Source: Anolis carolinensis
Lineage: Eukaryota
Assembly: GCF_035594765.1 (NCBI RefSeq)
Contig: NC_085841.1
Coordinates: 233,399,326-233,463,325, forward strand
DNA: 64,000 nucleotides
Direction: 5' to 3'
The first letter of the stretch is position 1. Each line of letters begins with the position of its first letter. Shown piece by piece: positions 46,140 to 58,897 of the stretch. The notes under the pieces were generated by a model. The model was not told the origin of the DNA. It saw only the letters and a list, made by a program, of their open reading frames with translations, and did no database searches. The translations under genes were made by a program, and so were the position numbers.

Positions 46140-46274
46140 CAGTGGTTCTCAACCTGCGGTCCTCAGATGCTTTTGGTCTACAACTCCCAGACATCCCAGC
46201 CAGTTTACCAGCTATTAGGTTTTCTGGGAGTTGAAGACCAAAAACATCTGGGGACCCCAGGTTGAGAACTACTG
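46140..46274. mobile_element. hAT MITE
   Basis: TIRs; TSD ccctaagt/cccaaagt. Confidence 0.88.
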
Positions 46275-48091
46275 CCCAAAGTAATGATAGAGGAAACCCA
46301 TCAATACCTCCCAGTCCTGCAATGATTCCATCACCTGCCTTAGTGTGATGGGTCCATTCTGTTTCTGTGCCTGAAGTCAGTATTAAAGGGATGTCAAGAA
46401 AGTGGGATTCTCTTCCTTTTCCCTACTCCCTCATTTACAATTTCAAAGCTGGCTGTTTTCTTTTCTTTACATTTATAATTGCCTTTTTTCATTTTTCAAA
46501 GCTGAAATCATGACTTTCCTCTAAAAATATAAATTTTAAAAATGAAGGAACAGTGATAATTCAGGTAGGCAGGGTTGCAAGAGCATATAGAATTATAACC
46601 CTGGGACCAGAAATGGCTAAATTGGTGCAACTGCGCAATTGAAGATCAGACTAGACTTAATGTCAGGGGAAAGCCTTTACCCTTTACATTTATCTTAACT
46701 CAGATGGGAAGATAGGCGAGAAAGATTTCTTACAGCTGTTCTGATGACCTCACAGCCCTTGTTGCCAGATTGCTTTGAATCTGCCTAGCCACATGACATT
46801 ATGTTTTAACCTATGAGGACTGTATAAGAAAGATATGCGTAATGGATCTACAAATAGAAAACATTTGATATAATAAAACATAGACAAGGATGATTAGTGA
46901 ACACAATTACCTGGCAAGAAAAGGTTGGAAAAGATTTTTTTGTTGCATCTTCCAAAAACTGTTAGGACCATGATTTTTAAAAAGTAACTTTTCCAAGCTC
47001 AGGTTACAAATGAATGCATAGCAGTAGGATTTGTTTCCTTCGACAGTTCTACAAATAGCATGTTTGATATAATAACCCAATGTCCCTTCACTTCATTAAG
47101 TATTTAGTAGTATACTGCATGAACCTTTTTCTGAATTAACTTTATATTTGCTACAAGCTACAATTTTTGTCAAGAAAAGAAATACAGTTTTTAAGTGTTG
47201 CACATTTTAGACTTGTTTAAACATGTTGATCACTGATGTCTATTTCTTTCTGTTACAAAAAGCCGTTTGCTGCCTCATTTGGAGTATTTGACATAATATC
47301 CCATAAGCCCCTGAAGCGGGTTTGTGGCAATTCTGGCTTCAACCAAGTATAGTTCTCGGGTCATGCATAATGTGGCCATTGGAGCTTTTCTTTCAAGAAA
47401 CCTTCCATTGTATTCTCAAGGCAATTCCTTGCTCTTGCTTTAAAATATAATGAATCTGGCAGCAGCTAAATATAGACTCTCAGATTCCTTCTCTTTTCAG
47501 GTACATTTCTAAAACAGGGCTGTAAACAACCACTGCATTTTTGAGCCACCTGATAATAAGCACTACACAGAGCCTGGAACCAGATTGTTAGGAAGGCCAT
47601 TCTTACTCAGCCTGAAAAACTACCTATTGTATTTTTTTGCAAAGTTTGAATTATTCCATACACACTCCTGAAAATATCATGCTATTAGGTTCTCTGAAAT
47701 ATCATAGCAGAAGACTTTTGATTCCAATGGGGGCAGATACCAAAAGCATAGGTAGTCCCACCATGTAACTGGAGTAAATCCTGGCATATGTATGCATTCT
47801 CGACACTGAACCTTTATTGGCATCTTACTTATGTGCAACTTATCTTACAACAGCATTGGGTGTTTTGTCTGGCACACAATATTTGTATTCAGTTCAAGGT
47901 TGTGGCAGTGGAATTGTACACATTCTCAACAAATGCATATCCCCATTCTCCTGTCAAAATAGGAAGTACTGTTCCTTAATTTTGGATGGATATTTAGTTG
48001 TGCATTCAGTTCGGTATTGAGTAGCACAGTGTCACCTTTCTACATAGTATAGTTGTAAAGAACAATCAATGTATTGTTCCATGATCCATTA

Positions 48092-48325
48092 TTTGTTATT
48101 TATTCATTCAGTCACTTCCGACTCTTCGTAACCTCATGGACCAGCCCACACCAGAGCTCCCTGTTGGCTGTGGCCATCCCCAGCTCCTTCAAGGTCAAGC
48201 CAGTCACTTCAAGGATGCCATCCATCCATCTTGTCCTTGGCCAGCACCTCTTCCTTTTTCCTTCCATTTTGCCCAGCATCATTCTCTTCTGCAAGCTTTC
48301 CTATCTTCTCATTATGTGGTCAAAG
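48092..48325 (-). mobile_element. RTE/BovB-like LINE 3' end
   Basis: MMLGKMEGKRKRCWPRTRWMDGILEVTGLTLKELGMATANRELWCGLVHEVTKSRK, typical RTE C-terminus. Confidence 0.85.
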
Positions 48326-49219
48326 TCCAGTGAGGGAACTCATTGTCTGCAACTCTAATGTAGGCGATCAGTTATACAATCTCGTCACACGGCCGCCAAA
48401 AGTGTCCCATGTCGCTCTGCTTTGAAACAGGGCATGGGGAAGCCGCTGCTCCACACCCTGCACCACCAGGCTCTCCTAGCAGTTGATTCCCATGGGGGAA
48501 GCATGGTGCATGCGTGGAGTGCGCAATTTACCCCTACCCCCACCCCCATTAAAGTCAATGGCAACACAGGAAGCCTCCTGTGTTGTCATGGCAGCACACC
48601 GGTTCCACCCTCCTTCACCTATGGGCAACTAGGGCTAGATTAGCATATGCTGCCAATTTTAGCCCCATATTATGAGGTCTTTATTGTGATAAGGAAAACA
48701 TGCAATAGAATTCTCTGTATTTCAGTACTTCTGCTTTTATACTTTTCTTTACTACCACAAAGATTCCATTTTACCTAAAGTATCAGTCAAGTGATGGTCT
48801 AAATGTGAAGTTTGTTTCCAAAAGGTACTAAATCAATCTGAACAATTTTTACAGGAATAAGAAAATGTACTGAGGGTATGCATTCTTTTGCTATAAAATG
48901 CATTTTCCCAAGCCCTTTGCTGAAGTAATGTGATGCATTTTGATAGTCTTGATCTGTCCATAATATTTTACTCGTAGTCAATAATGTGGTGGCACCTATA
49001 ACTCAATTTTCATTTTGTAAATTTGTTACATTTTGTAAACAAACTCCACAAATAAGCAAGAGCTTGTGTTCAGAACAATCTATTAGTGTGTTATATTTCC
49101 ATGTTCTTCAGAGTGGCCCTATAATCACATGTATTGTTAGGGCAGGGGAACCATTAATTTGGACTCCAACTGTACTGTAGCATTCAAGGATACAGAAGCT
49201 GGGAATGGAAAGAGCTACA

Positions 49220-49423
49220 TGTTGTGGTGTTGTGCCAGCAAGTTGTTTCCAACATGACAACCTTAGGGTGACCCTATCTCAACATTTTCTGGGTTTGACT
49301 CTTCCTTCCTCTGAGACTGAAAAAGTGTAACTTGTCTATGATGGGTTTCTATGGCCAAGAGGGGATTTGAACTCTGATGCCCCAGAGTCTTAATCTAATG
49401 TTAGAACCACTACACCAGGCTGG
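49220..49423 (-). mobile_element. tRNA-derived SINE (family of 23966)
   Basis: Head ccagcctggtgtagtggtt, B-box gagttcaaatcc on the minus strand. Confidence 0.65.
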
Positions 49424-50182
49424 TACTGGTACTTTAAAACAGGCTGGGCAAGCATAGAAGACTAAGGGACCAGATTAGCAGGATTTTTTTTAAAAAAAAA
49501 GTTTGCTACTGACCACCCTCTAAGTAATTATGCCATGTTTTTAGTCTTCTCTGAGATGTTTTAGTGCCCAGAAGAGACAATTTTTAACAACATGAAGTGA
49601 GCAGAAGATTCCTATTTCAAAAAGACTTCGCCTGGTCCTAAAATGGCAGCAGAAGGGCAAATATGAGACCAAAATGCCCCACGCATCACTAGAAGACAAT
49701 TGGATGCATTTTTAAAAAATCTCTGGGGACCACATGTAGCCTATTTAAAAGATTTACATGGATGTTGTCAGACTGCAGTAGCCCTTGTTGGAATAGCTCA
49801 GAGCTTTAAAAACTAATTAATAGACTTTTTATATTGTTGGCTCATTCGTTTTTTTTTTTTTCTTTCATGGCATAACTCTGTAGATTGCCTGTTTAATATG
49901 AAAACCAATCCTATAGTTTAATGCTTTTCTTAACAACTTAACTGATAGTAACTCAACCAATTAAATGAATTAATTTGTTAGTGGAGGCGGAAAGGAATTA
50001 ATTTGCCAATGTCAACCATTTAATATTATTTTTCAAACCTAATGTTCTAATCTTTGGCATAACCAATAGTGGGGAGTGTTGAGAATTTCAATCTGAGGGG
50101 CTGTTTGTTTCCAGACTATAGAACTACATTTCCACTTTAACTGCCACGGTTTTATCTCTTGTAGTTTTATGATGGACTAGAG

Positions 50183-50268
50183 TAGTGGTTCTCAGCCTGG
50201 TGAACTGGCTGGGATTTCTGGGAGTTGTAGACCAAAACACCTGGGGACCCACAGGTTGAGAACCACTG
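50183..50268. mobile_element. hAT MITE, internally deleted
   Basis: Perfect TSD gactagag. Confidence 0.85.
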
Positions 50269-50354
50269 GACTAGAGGAACTCCCTGACTAAGAATGCAAT
50301 GTGGCATTCCGAAAGTGAAAATATGGTACCCTAGAGAACAACAGAAAATCTAGA

Positions 50355-50598
50355 GGGTTGTTGTATGTCTTTCAGGCTGTGTGGCCATGTTCCAGAAGTA
50401 TTTTCTCCTGACATTTCACCCACATCTATGGCAGGCATCCTCAGAGGCTGTGAGGCATGGAGAGGCATCACAGCCTCACAGCCTCTGAGGATGCCTGCCA
50501 TAGATGTGGGCGAAACGTCAGGAGAGAATACTTCTGGAACATGGCCACACAGCCCGAAAGACAACCCTGTGATCCCGGCCATGAAAGCCTTCGACAAC
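50355..50598. mobile_element. Penelope-like element remnant: inverted pseudo-LTR pair
   Basis: ~100-bp inverted repeat (50355-50456 vs 50473-50567); 14-bp TSD acagaaaatctaga (50341-50354 / 50599-50612). Confidence 0.85.
50482..50522 (+). ncRNA. Minimal type I hammerhead ribozyme
   Basis: cct-CTGAGGA-t-gcctgc(catagat)gtgggc-GAAA-c-GTC-agg: stem I cct/agg, core CUGANGA and GAAA, palindromic ACGU helix III, predicted cleavage after C50519. Confidence 0.8.
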
Positions 50599-51048
50599 AC
50601 AGAAAATCTAGAATTAATTAAGAAATCAATTTAGAGCATCGTTCTTAAAATATATTTCCTTCTTTAGGCTGATAGTTTAACTCCATATCAAGCTACAGGA
50701 TGGAGAATATCTGTTTTGGAGACATTCTGGAGAGAACATTTCTGAGTATTTCAACAGTAGCTAAAAGCCATTGTAAAAGGGAGGGATAAAAATGCCACAT
50801 ATTTCAGGTTAAAGTTGTTAATTCTGGTAATAAAGACTGGAGAACATTTTAAAATAGGCAAGAGTTGTACAAAATCTGGCAAGGCAACTTTTTCTCCATT
50901 CATAAGGTGTCAAAATTAAAGGCTATAATTGATTTCCTATACTTGGAGGTTTTTCTATTCAGAACTTTGTGGTGACACAACAAATTATGATTTGATAGGG
51001 AAGCAAACATATCTGGTAACCCTGGAGGACCAGATTTAGCCCGTAAGT

Positions 51049-51180
51049 CAGTGGTTCTCAACCTTGGGTCCCCAGATGTTTTTGGCCTTCAACTCCCAGA
51101 AATCCTATCAGCTGGTAAACCGGCTGGGATTTCTGAGAGTTGTAGGCCAAAAACAGAGGACCCCAGGTTGAGAGCCATTG
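51049..51180. mobile_element. hAT MITE
   Basis: TIRs; TSD ccgtaagt/ccgtaagc. Confidence 0.88.
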
Positions 51181-51187
51181 CCGTAAG

Positions 51188-51496
51188 CAGGCCCGTAGCC
51201 AGGATTTTGATTCGGTGTGTGTGTGTGTGTGGAGGGGGGGGCTGGGAATTTGGTTCGGGGGGCGGGGGCTGAGTCTGAGTGAGGGAGGATCTACCCTAGC
51301 AAACCTTTTGTATTGTTATCCCAATACCCCCATGCATATGGGATATATTGAGCATGGTGATCAGATCATGATATGAATAGACATAACAGTTTAAATAATA
51401 AATGTAAGGCCTCCTCGCGGACCACCTTAAGAATTTTTGGGGGGGGGGGCTGAAGCCCCTCAAGCCCCCTCCCCCCGCCTCCCGGCTACATGCCTG
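51188..51496. mobile_element. hAT (Tip100-like) MITE
   Basis: Ends caggcccgtagccagg / ccggctacatgcctg, related to 31220-31498. Confidence 0.75.
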
Positions 51497-52840
51497 GCCG
51501 TAGCTGTGCTTAACCCTGTCGTACTGAAGACTACTTCTGATATCTATTTTCTTAAAATCTCTAACGGGATACAACAAAGTTCTAGGACACCTATGAAAAC
51601 ATTGGTAATAATGAGATTCAGTTATAGGATATGATCTGCCAGTTGAGGACCAGGTTATTGACTATTTAATTCTCCATCTGGCATTGCCATAAAAACATTT
51701 TCAAAAGTCTTCCCTTTCATGCACATTTGTTATTCACAGCCATTATTTCATCTGTCAGATTGCCTTTCTTTGCTTGCTATCTTTTCATTTTTCTCCTCAG
51801 TATCACTCCCCCTCTTCTTGTTCCTTGCTTTTGAATACCTTTTTAAATCCGTTCCACTCCTCTGCAGTCTCTATTCATGTTCTCTGTGTTACCTTGCTGT
51901 CTTTTTGCTTTCTGTCTCTTGAACTCCCTCAAGGTAAACTCTTTCATCATACTGCTGAAAGATTTTGTCCAAAATGAAGACACTGCATTAATAAAAATGA
52001 TCTTAGCTGACCCCACAGGCACTGGGCAATCATTATCACCCTCATTAATTAGGCACCAAAAGGGGAGAAAGGAGAGAGGAGAGAAGTTGCTGAATTATGC
52101 ACTTGTCCATTTGTTCAGCTGCTTTGCCTTGTCAGTTGTGGTTTTTGTGCTTCTTGTTTATTCAGTCTCTTTTTGAAAAGGGCAACTTACTTCCAGGCCA
52201 AGCACAATCAGACCAGCAAGAAAAAGAGAATTTGCCTTCTCCACCTTCCACTGCTCTTTTCTCCATTTACTGCCAAAGAGAACGGCAACCTTGTAGATGG
52301 TGCTGAAAAGCCACCAATTACTTGGTATTGTGTAAAAAGTCTTAAAATACTCTGTTTGCCCAGCAATGTGCAACTAGTACATCGATTTGAAATGAGAATT
52401 TAATGACAGCACTTAAAAGCTGGGATTGCGTGCTGAACTGGAGAAACGTATTAAGAAATTAAGCAAATGATTATGCTGAAGCTGGGCAAACGATTTACCA
52501 GCAAAGCGAAATTGCCATTTCTGTCTCCCTGTTTAATCAAGTGTGGGGACGTTCACCACCTTAAACATCTCAGAAAGCCTAACGTAAGCATTTTGACTAA
52601 TTCAACTAACCCTATGATAGGTGAGGAAATGAAACATTTGATTTTTGATTTTTTACAAATTGATTGTAAAGCAATTCTTTATAAGCCGGAATGAATAATT
52701 CCTGCTTTCATGCTTGTTGAAACTGCTTCATACTGTTTATCCCTAAACAGAACAAACTGCAATCTTCCAGATGTTACTGTAACATAACTTACATCAGTTC
52801 CAGTCCTCATGTCTAATGATGAGGAATACAGGAATTGTAG

Positions 52841-53322
52841 GGCTGGGCTGTGACACAGTTGGTTAGTAACTGACCAAGAGGTCATGAGTTTGAGCCAGTC
52901 CGGGTCGGATTGAGTGCCTGACCATTAAATAGCCTAGTTCGTTGTTGACCTAAGCAACTCGAAAGATAGTTGCATCTGTCAAGTAGGAAATGTAGGTACT
53001 ACTTTATGTGGGGAGGCTAATTTAACTAATTTACGATACCATAAAAATGTCCAGCAGCATGTGGAAGAATGAGGAAGTACTCCATTAAGGGCTCGGTGTC
53101 ACAGTAGATGATGAAGTAGCAGCTTCCCCTTTGGCCGGAATCTAGCATACCTTCATGAGGCCGGAAGCTGGAAAATGTTAAATTGCCTCTGTGTCTTTGA
53201 CTGTGTCTGTATGTTGTATGTCCAATGGCATTGAATGTTTGCCATGTATATGTACATTGTGATCCGCCCTGACTCCCCTTCGGGTTGAGAAGGGCAAAAT
53301 ATAAATACTGTAAATAAATAAA
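52841..53322 (+). mobile_element. tRNA-headed SINE with L2-type tail, long form
   Basis: Head ggctgggctgtgacacagttgg...gaccaagaggtcatgagtttgag; 3' gatccgccctgactccccttcgggttgagaaggg plus (TAAA)n. Confidence 0.8.
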
Positions 53323-53429
53323 GTATCTGGTGGGGCACATAAAATGCCATGGCAGGCCAGATTCAGCCTGCAGACTTTGAGTTTGACACATGTTCTTTAG
53401 GGTATGGATATAAGGTGTATCTAACATGA

Positions 53430-53560
53430 ACAAATGTCATGGTTAGGCTTGGGTCCCACCTCAAAAATATCTCATTAAGTAAGTGGATGCAAATACAGGC
53501 ATTCCAAAATCCAAAACACATCTTGTCCCAAGCATTTTGCATAAGGGATACTAAACCTGT
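53430..53560. mobile_element. Tigger4/MER46-like terminal fragment
   Basis: ttccaaaatccaaaacacatcttgtcccaagcattttgcataagggatactaaacctgt. Confidence 0.55.
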
Positions 53561-55166
53561 TCTTTAAGAAGAGAAACCTTGATGTGTATGTGCTGCAAAA
53601 GCAAGAGTCCTTTATCCTCTTTCCTTCCTCTTGCTAACTGAATGCAAACTACTTTTGTATTTTGAATGGAACACTTGAAGCAAGTGAAGCACAAAGGAAA
53701 AATTAGGAAACTGATACATTTTAAATAGATAAAATGAGACAACAGATGGTTAACTGGGGACCCATCCAGACAGGGCCCATAACGCAGGAGCTCCCTCGGT
53801 TTTATCGGAGGTATCCAAATGACATCTCAGGTAAACTGAATTAATTCGAAACCAAGCAGAAAATCCCTACTTGTCCTGAATTAATTTGATACTCCTTTAG
53901 ACCCAGGTCTTCCTGAAAGACCCAGGTCTAATGGAGTATGGGCCCTGTGGGGACAGACCCCTCGATAGTCCTGGGACTACCAATGGGTCAGTCTGCGCAG
54001 TTCAATTAATTTCTTCAGGCCCCATGGGCCCGGACAAGCCAAGAGGGAACCCACCCCTCCCAAAATCCCTTTAAAACCTTTAAAATAAAAGGAAAACTTA
54101 CTGGACTGCCATTAGGCCTTTTGGCGTGCTTTTTGGAACGTACTAATGTAGTGCGAAGAGATGGGGGAGGAATTGCTCCTGCCCCCCAATCTCTTAGCAT
54201 TACATTGGTACATTCCCAAAACCTGGTAACTTTTTCTTTAATTTTAAAGGTTTGAGGGGTGATTTGGGTTGTCCCCATTGTAGCACAGTTGTTACCGTGC
54301 TACAATGGGGACAACACATGGGAAAGCCCACTTCTTTTGGGTGCCCAATCGGACAGACAATGGGTTACTTTAACCCATTTTCTCCCGCAAAACATTGCTG
54401 TCTGGAAGGGGGCAGGGACTGCCCCAGGACAGTTGGAAAAGGGGCATGATATTAGGCTTCCTCGGCCACAATTCAATACATGTTTGAGAATACCGTACTA
54501 TTTTAGTTGTTTGATTTGTATCTCACCTTTCTCCAAAAACTGAGATCTAAGGTGGATCTCAACAAACATTTTAGGGGACATAGATAAAAATAAGAAGCAC
54601 CATTAAACAGTATAATATTAAAACACAATTGAACTAAAAGCAACATAAAGCATGTTAATAAAGAAATTAGGATGCAGCACTCACCTATTAAAAGCTTCTT
54701 CTGTAGCAAGTTGAATCAGTTGCAGAAGCCTGCCTGAATACAAAGATTTCTTTTTGCTAACAGAACAACAGGATGGCCTAGAATGGTTTGATGGAGAATT
54801 CCACAGCCTATGGGTCGCAATCAAGAAACCTCATTTATGTCCCCAGCAAAAGTTATCTGATATTACAGAGAAAAAGGTTGACCCAAATAACCTAAAGCCC
54901 AAGAAGTTGTATAATGTGGTCTTTTAGATAGCCTGGACACAGTTGAATCTGTAGTACTTTGAACTGTGCCTAGTAACAGCCCAGCAACTAATGGATCTGC
55001 CATGTGGCGACAGCTTTACGATCATTCCTTCACTTCTGCAGTTTCACACTTGCCGTTTTGATAATTCGTGAGACCCTCCGCTCCTGAAGTTGAGACTGTG
55101 ATATGAACGGTCACATGGCAGCCCCACCCTCAGGAGGTGAGCAGGAGGGCTGTTCAGGAAACATGT

Positions 55167-55817
55167 TTATAAGCGTGCCGGAAATATTCCCAAGGTACCC
55201 AAGAATGTCCTCTTTCTCAGCATTTGTCCAGGTATAAAAGGGTTCTTAAAACAAAGGGACACCCTTGTGGAGTCCCAGTTCTCCATCAGCGTCCTAACAG
55301 CTATCAGTGATGAATTTCTGCAGTTTAAGATCTGCCTTAGATAGATGTTGACTTTATATACTGAGTCCCAAGCTGGTCGAATGCCATTCAAAGGACAAAT
55401 ATCCAATACTAACACATAGTTCTGTGATGCAAAACTGCTATTTTTTTTCATTTGGGACCCATTCCGTTGTTCTATCCTTCCCTTGCCTTCGTTTCCCTTT
55501 GCCAGGGCACTTCCCCTGGGGACCTGTGTCTTTGATAGGTCATCTGGACCCCCAGATTGGTTTGACACAAGTGTGTTTCCTTGGTTTGCTTCTGGAGCTA
55601 TTCCTGGGTTAGCCAGTGTTAGTGACTCTTCTTTCTTGGGTTCAGGATTGGGCTTGAGTTTAGCTTTCCTGGATTTCTTTACTTTAGTTGTCTTAACAGT
55701 AGGAGTTCGCTTTTTCTTCTTATCCATGAGCTTAAATAACTTTTGGAAGTTCATGCTGGATCTTTTGTTTGCAGGGATGCCAATCTTTTTCTCTTCCTTA
55801 GCTTTTTTCAATCTCAT
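55167..55817 (-). CDS. 216-aa lysine-rich ORF, probable LINE (RTE-X/L2-like) ORF1 fragment
   Basis: Basic low-complexity N-part, then a compact alpha/beta-like domain (YVLVLDICP...VNIYLRQILNC...TRVSLCFKNPFIPGQMLRKRTFLGTLGIFP). The frame stays open upstream to ~55960. Assignment from memory only. Confidence 0.35.
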   Translation of the reverse strand: MRLKKAKEEKKIGIPANKRSSMNFQKLFKLMDKKKKRTPTVKTTKVKKSRKAKLKPNPEPKKEESLTLANPGIAPEANQGNTLVSNQSGGPDDLSKTQVPRGSALAKGNEGKGRIEQRNGSQMKKNSSFASQNYVLVLDICPLNGIRPAWDSVYKVNIYLRQILNCRNSSLIAVRTLMENWDSTRVSLCFKNPFIPGQMLRKRTFLGTLGIFPARL

Positions 55818-57939
55818 TACCTTGCACTTGGTCTTGGCCTTTCTATCAGGCTTGTTAGATTTGGGGTCTTTATATTTCTCCTGACATATTTCTTTATCTG
55901 GGCAAAACAGACACTTGTGGCATGCAGGTAAAAGGAGGAGCCAGGTCAGTACGCTGCTTCACTTATCCTGTGGATCAAACACATCTTCCTCTTTCTATAT
56001 TTTGTAAGTGACTGTTTTACCCAGGCAAAGAAGTAGAGAGGCATGAGGGTGGGTGAGGTGGAGACAGAAACACATAGTAAACAGGAAGAGGGAAGGGGGA
56101 ATCAGACCCACTGGGTAAGTTATGCTGCCCTTTGTCTTCTTGTTGGCTGCATTTCTGTTTCTGCCATTTTCGTCCTTCCAGTATGTGGGAAAAACAGACA
56201 CTTGTGGCATGCAGGAAGAAGAAAAGAAGTGAAGTGGTGTGTGGGGCCAGCTTTTCCTTCTCTTCCCACTGGAACCACAGCAGATACCCTGCTCACAATA
56301 CTGGGGACTGCAGCACCAGTGCAACATTATATCCCCCCCCCCCCCGAGATATTTGTCATTTTTCCACTTTCATTTGAGAATTGCACCCAACACAGGTGGA
56401 AGGATGACTGTACCCCCACTTTAACCATCCTCAGTCTAAAGTTGCCTAACAGTGTGTAAGGAATGCCCCAACTAGATAGCATTACAGTCACTCAAACATT
56501 ATGTGTCTTAGGCATTGAGGATGAGTTGGGCTAGCAAGGTCCAGTAGTCAATTTTCTGCCATGGGACCCTGTGGAAACTATGTGAACTGCCATAAAGGCA
56601 CTGTATTCCCAACATGGCCTGAAGTCCATACTATATGAATAGCTACATAGAGGCCCGCTCCTCCATTACCATGGCCAATTCAAAGCCTCCATACATCCCT
56701 GGTGCACCAACTGCCCTGGTTCTTTTTGCTGCAACCACTTTCGATCCACAGCCACTCCAACCTTCTTCTACTGTGATTTTAACTAATATGGCCATGTGTT
56801 CTGAATGATCAGAAATCAATGTTAATTCCCAACAATTCATGTATGGAAAGTACTGGGTCAGAGTATGTTAAAGTTATGTCTTTTTCAATTCTGAATTGGT
56901 ATTTTTGATAGATTAGTTTAAGAAACTTGGGACTCAACTATTTAAATTCTGTCACCATCAAATGACTGCAAGGTTCTCAAAAGTTAGATTAAAATAATTA
57001 TGCTATAATTGCTGTTGTGGAATTCAGTAATGAACTTATCCTAGTCTAGTTCAAGTAAATATGCAAAGCAAACACAATGGAGTATATAATCCAAACTTTA
57101 GAAGGTCTAATTACATCAAATTATGTTTGTAATATTTCAGTGGAAGATATAATGCTACCTAATATGCATTCTTGTTGTGAGGAGAAAATTAGTACACATG
57201 CTATTGTGTATTATTTATGAAGTCTCAATGCATAACTTCTTAAAGGCATAAATAAAATACCGGATCATCTCTACAGTCAAACATTTATGCACAATGCAAA
57301 TATTGTAAGAAAAGAAAAGAAAATATTTGTTTCATGCTACTGATTCCAGTTGTGCCACTCTGTCAATTATAGAGACAAAGAATGATGTGTCAACACTCTC
57401 TTTATACCACCCTTCCATTGACAGTGATGTAGATGATGTTGTAATAATATTGTGCTGTGTATTAAATATCACCAAGAGGAATACAGAAAAATAGAGCAGT
57501 GGTTCCATGTTTCTTGAAACATCTCATTTCAAACATATTTTCCAAGATGTAATCCAGATGACATTGATGAGATTGAGACTCTGGTAGCTCACAACTTTAA
57601 AAACAACACAACTAAAACATACAGATATTAGCATTACAGTAGAATTAAAGGAGTTGGTGAAACAATTCTGTAAAAATACATTTTAAAAAATAGCTGTTCA
57701 AGCAGTTCAGCTAAATCAATGTTGTACCCTAAAGCTTACTCTTTAAAAACCTTCTCTTTTAGGAACTTATATGAATAAAAATATTTTAACCTGCTACCAG
57801 AATGGCAACAAGGAAGTGGGACTGAGAGAAAGGCCTCTCCTGATGATCTTGGAACCCAGAATGACTTGTACAGGAAAATGCAATTTGCCAGATTCAACTT
57901 TTCTGGTGATTCTCACTGTCTAAGCAGATCCCCTTTAAA

Positions 57940-58897
57940 AAGTGGCTACCAAACTGTGGGCCATAGCCCAACAGTGGGCCACAAGAATGAAAATCTGGTC
58001 CACGAACCTCCTTCCTCATTATTTATTTATTTATTTTATTTCTTCTCCTTTCCGCAGAGCTGACTATTGCATTGGATAGGCGATTGCTTGGCGAATGGGC
58101 TTAATAACAAAAGATCCTCACCATAAAAGTATACAGCAGAGTAGCTAATTTAGCAGCAGCAGCAGCGTGACCCAGAACCAGTAGCCAGTATAAGACAAAA
58201 TAAAAATGTGCAGACTATTGTTATCTTCCTTCGGAGGCTTTTCTTGTAGAAAAACAATAAGGTTGTATTATTTATAAAAACAAGATTTCCATAACATAAA
58301 CAAAGTTCTTTATACTTCCTTGTTATATCTTTGCTTCAGCTTCTTGCCTTAAAGTTGGGCAAGCTGCTTCAAACTGAAGCAGCTCTCTCCTTGGAGCAGT
58401 CAAACACAGCACTCTTTACGCCGAGGCATTCTTTACACAGAAGAAAGTCTTCACACAGGAGGGGCAAGTAACTCACAGGCACACCTGCTTATATTACCCT
58501 ATTGGTTTTGCTTAGTCATTGCATCATTTTAACCCAGTGCATGTACATCATTTTTGTAATTAAAAATACACTGTTAATTTTCAGTATTTCTGACAATCAC
58601 ATCAGCTCTAGGTTTTTAAATATGGTTTTCTGTGAGCGAGCAGATGGTGACAACTGGATGGCATATTTTCTGTATCAGAAGCTACAGCTGCTGTGGTCTA
58701 TCCAATGCAGTTTTCTGAATCAGCACCCCAAATAATTGAAAACCCAAAAACTGATGCGTAAACCTTTTGTTACTAACGTTGGAGAGTGGTCTCTGGTCAA
58801 AGTGGTCCCCAGTCAAGTGGGCCCTGGTCAAAGTGGGCCTTGGCCAAGTGGGCCCTGGTTAAATGGGCCCTGGTCAAAAAACATTTGGGAACCACTG
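57940..58897. mobile_element. Non-autonomous hAT element with subterminal 15-16-bp tandem repeats and a nested insert
   Basis: Ends (a)agtggctaccaaac / tttgggaaccactg; TSD cctttaaa/ccttaaaa; aagtgggccctggtc x~6 at 58786-58875. Confidence 0.75.
58085..58595 (-). mobile_element. Candidate solo LTR nested in the hAT element
   Basis: ~510-bp block with TG...TGACA ends, CCAAT (58505-58501) and TATA-like aatataag on the minus strand; TSD not convincing. Confidence 0.4.

Noticed and set aside
44257-55273. 15-bp exact match acacccttgtggagt at 44257 and 55259
   Set aside because: About one or two such matches are expected by chance in 64 kb; no extension.
58786-58875. Regularly spaced short repeats (also 35760-36340) as a CRISPR-like array
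   Set aside because: No unique spacers, eukaryotic context; these are transposon subterminal or tandem repeats.
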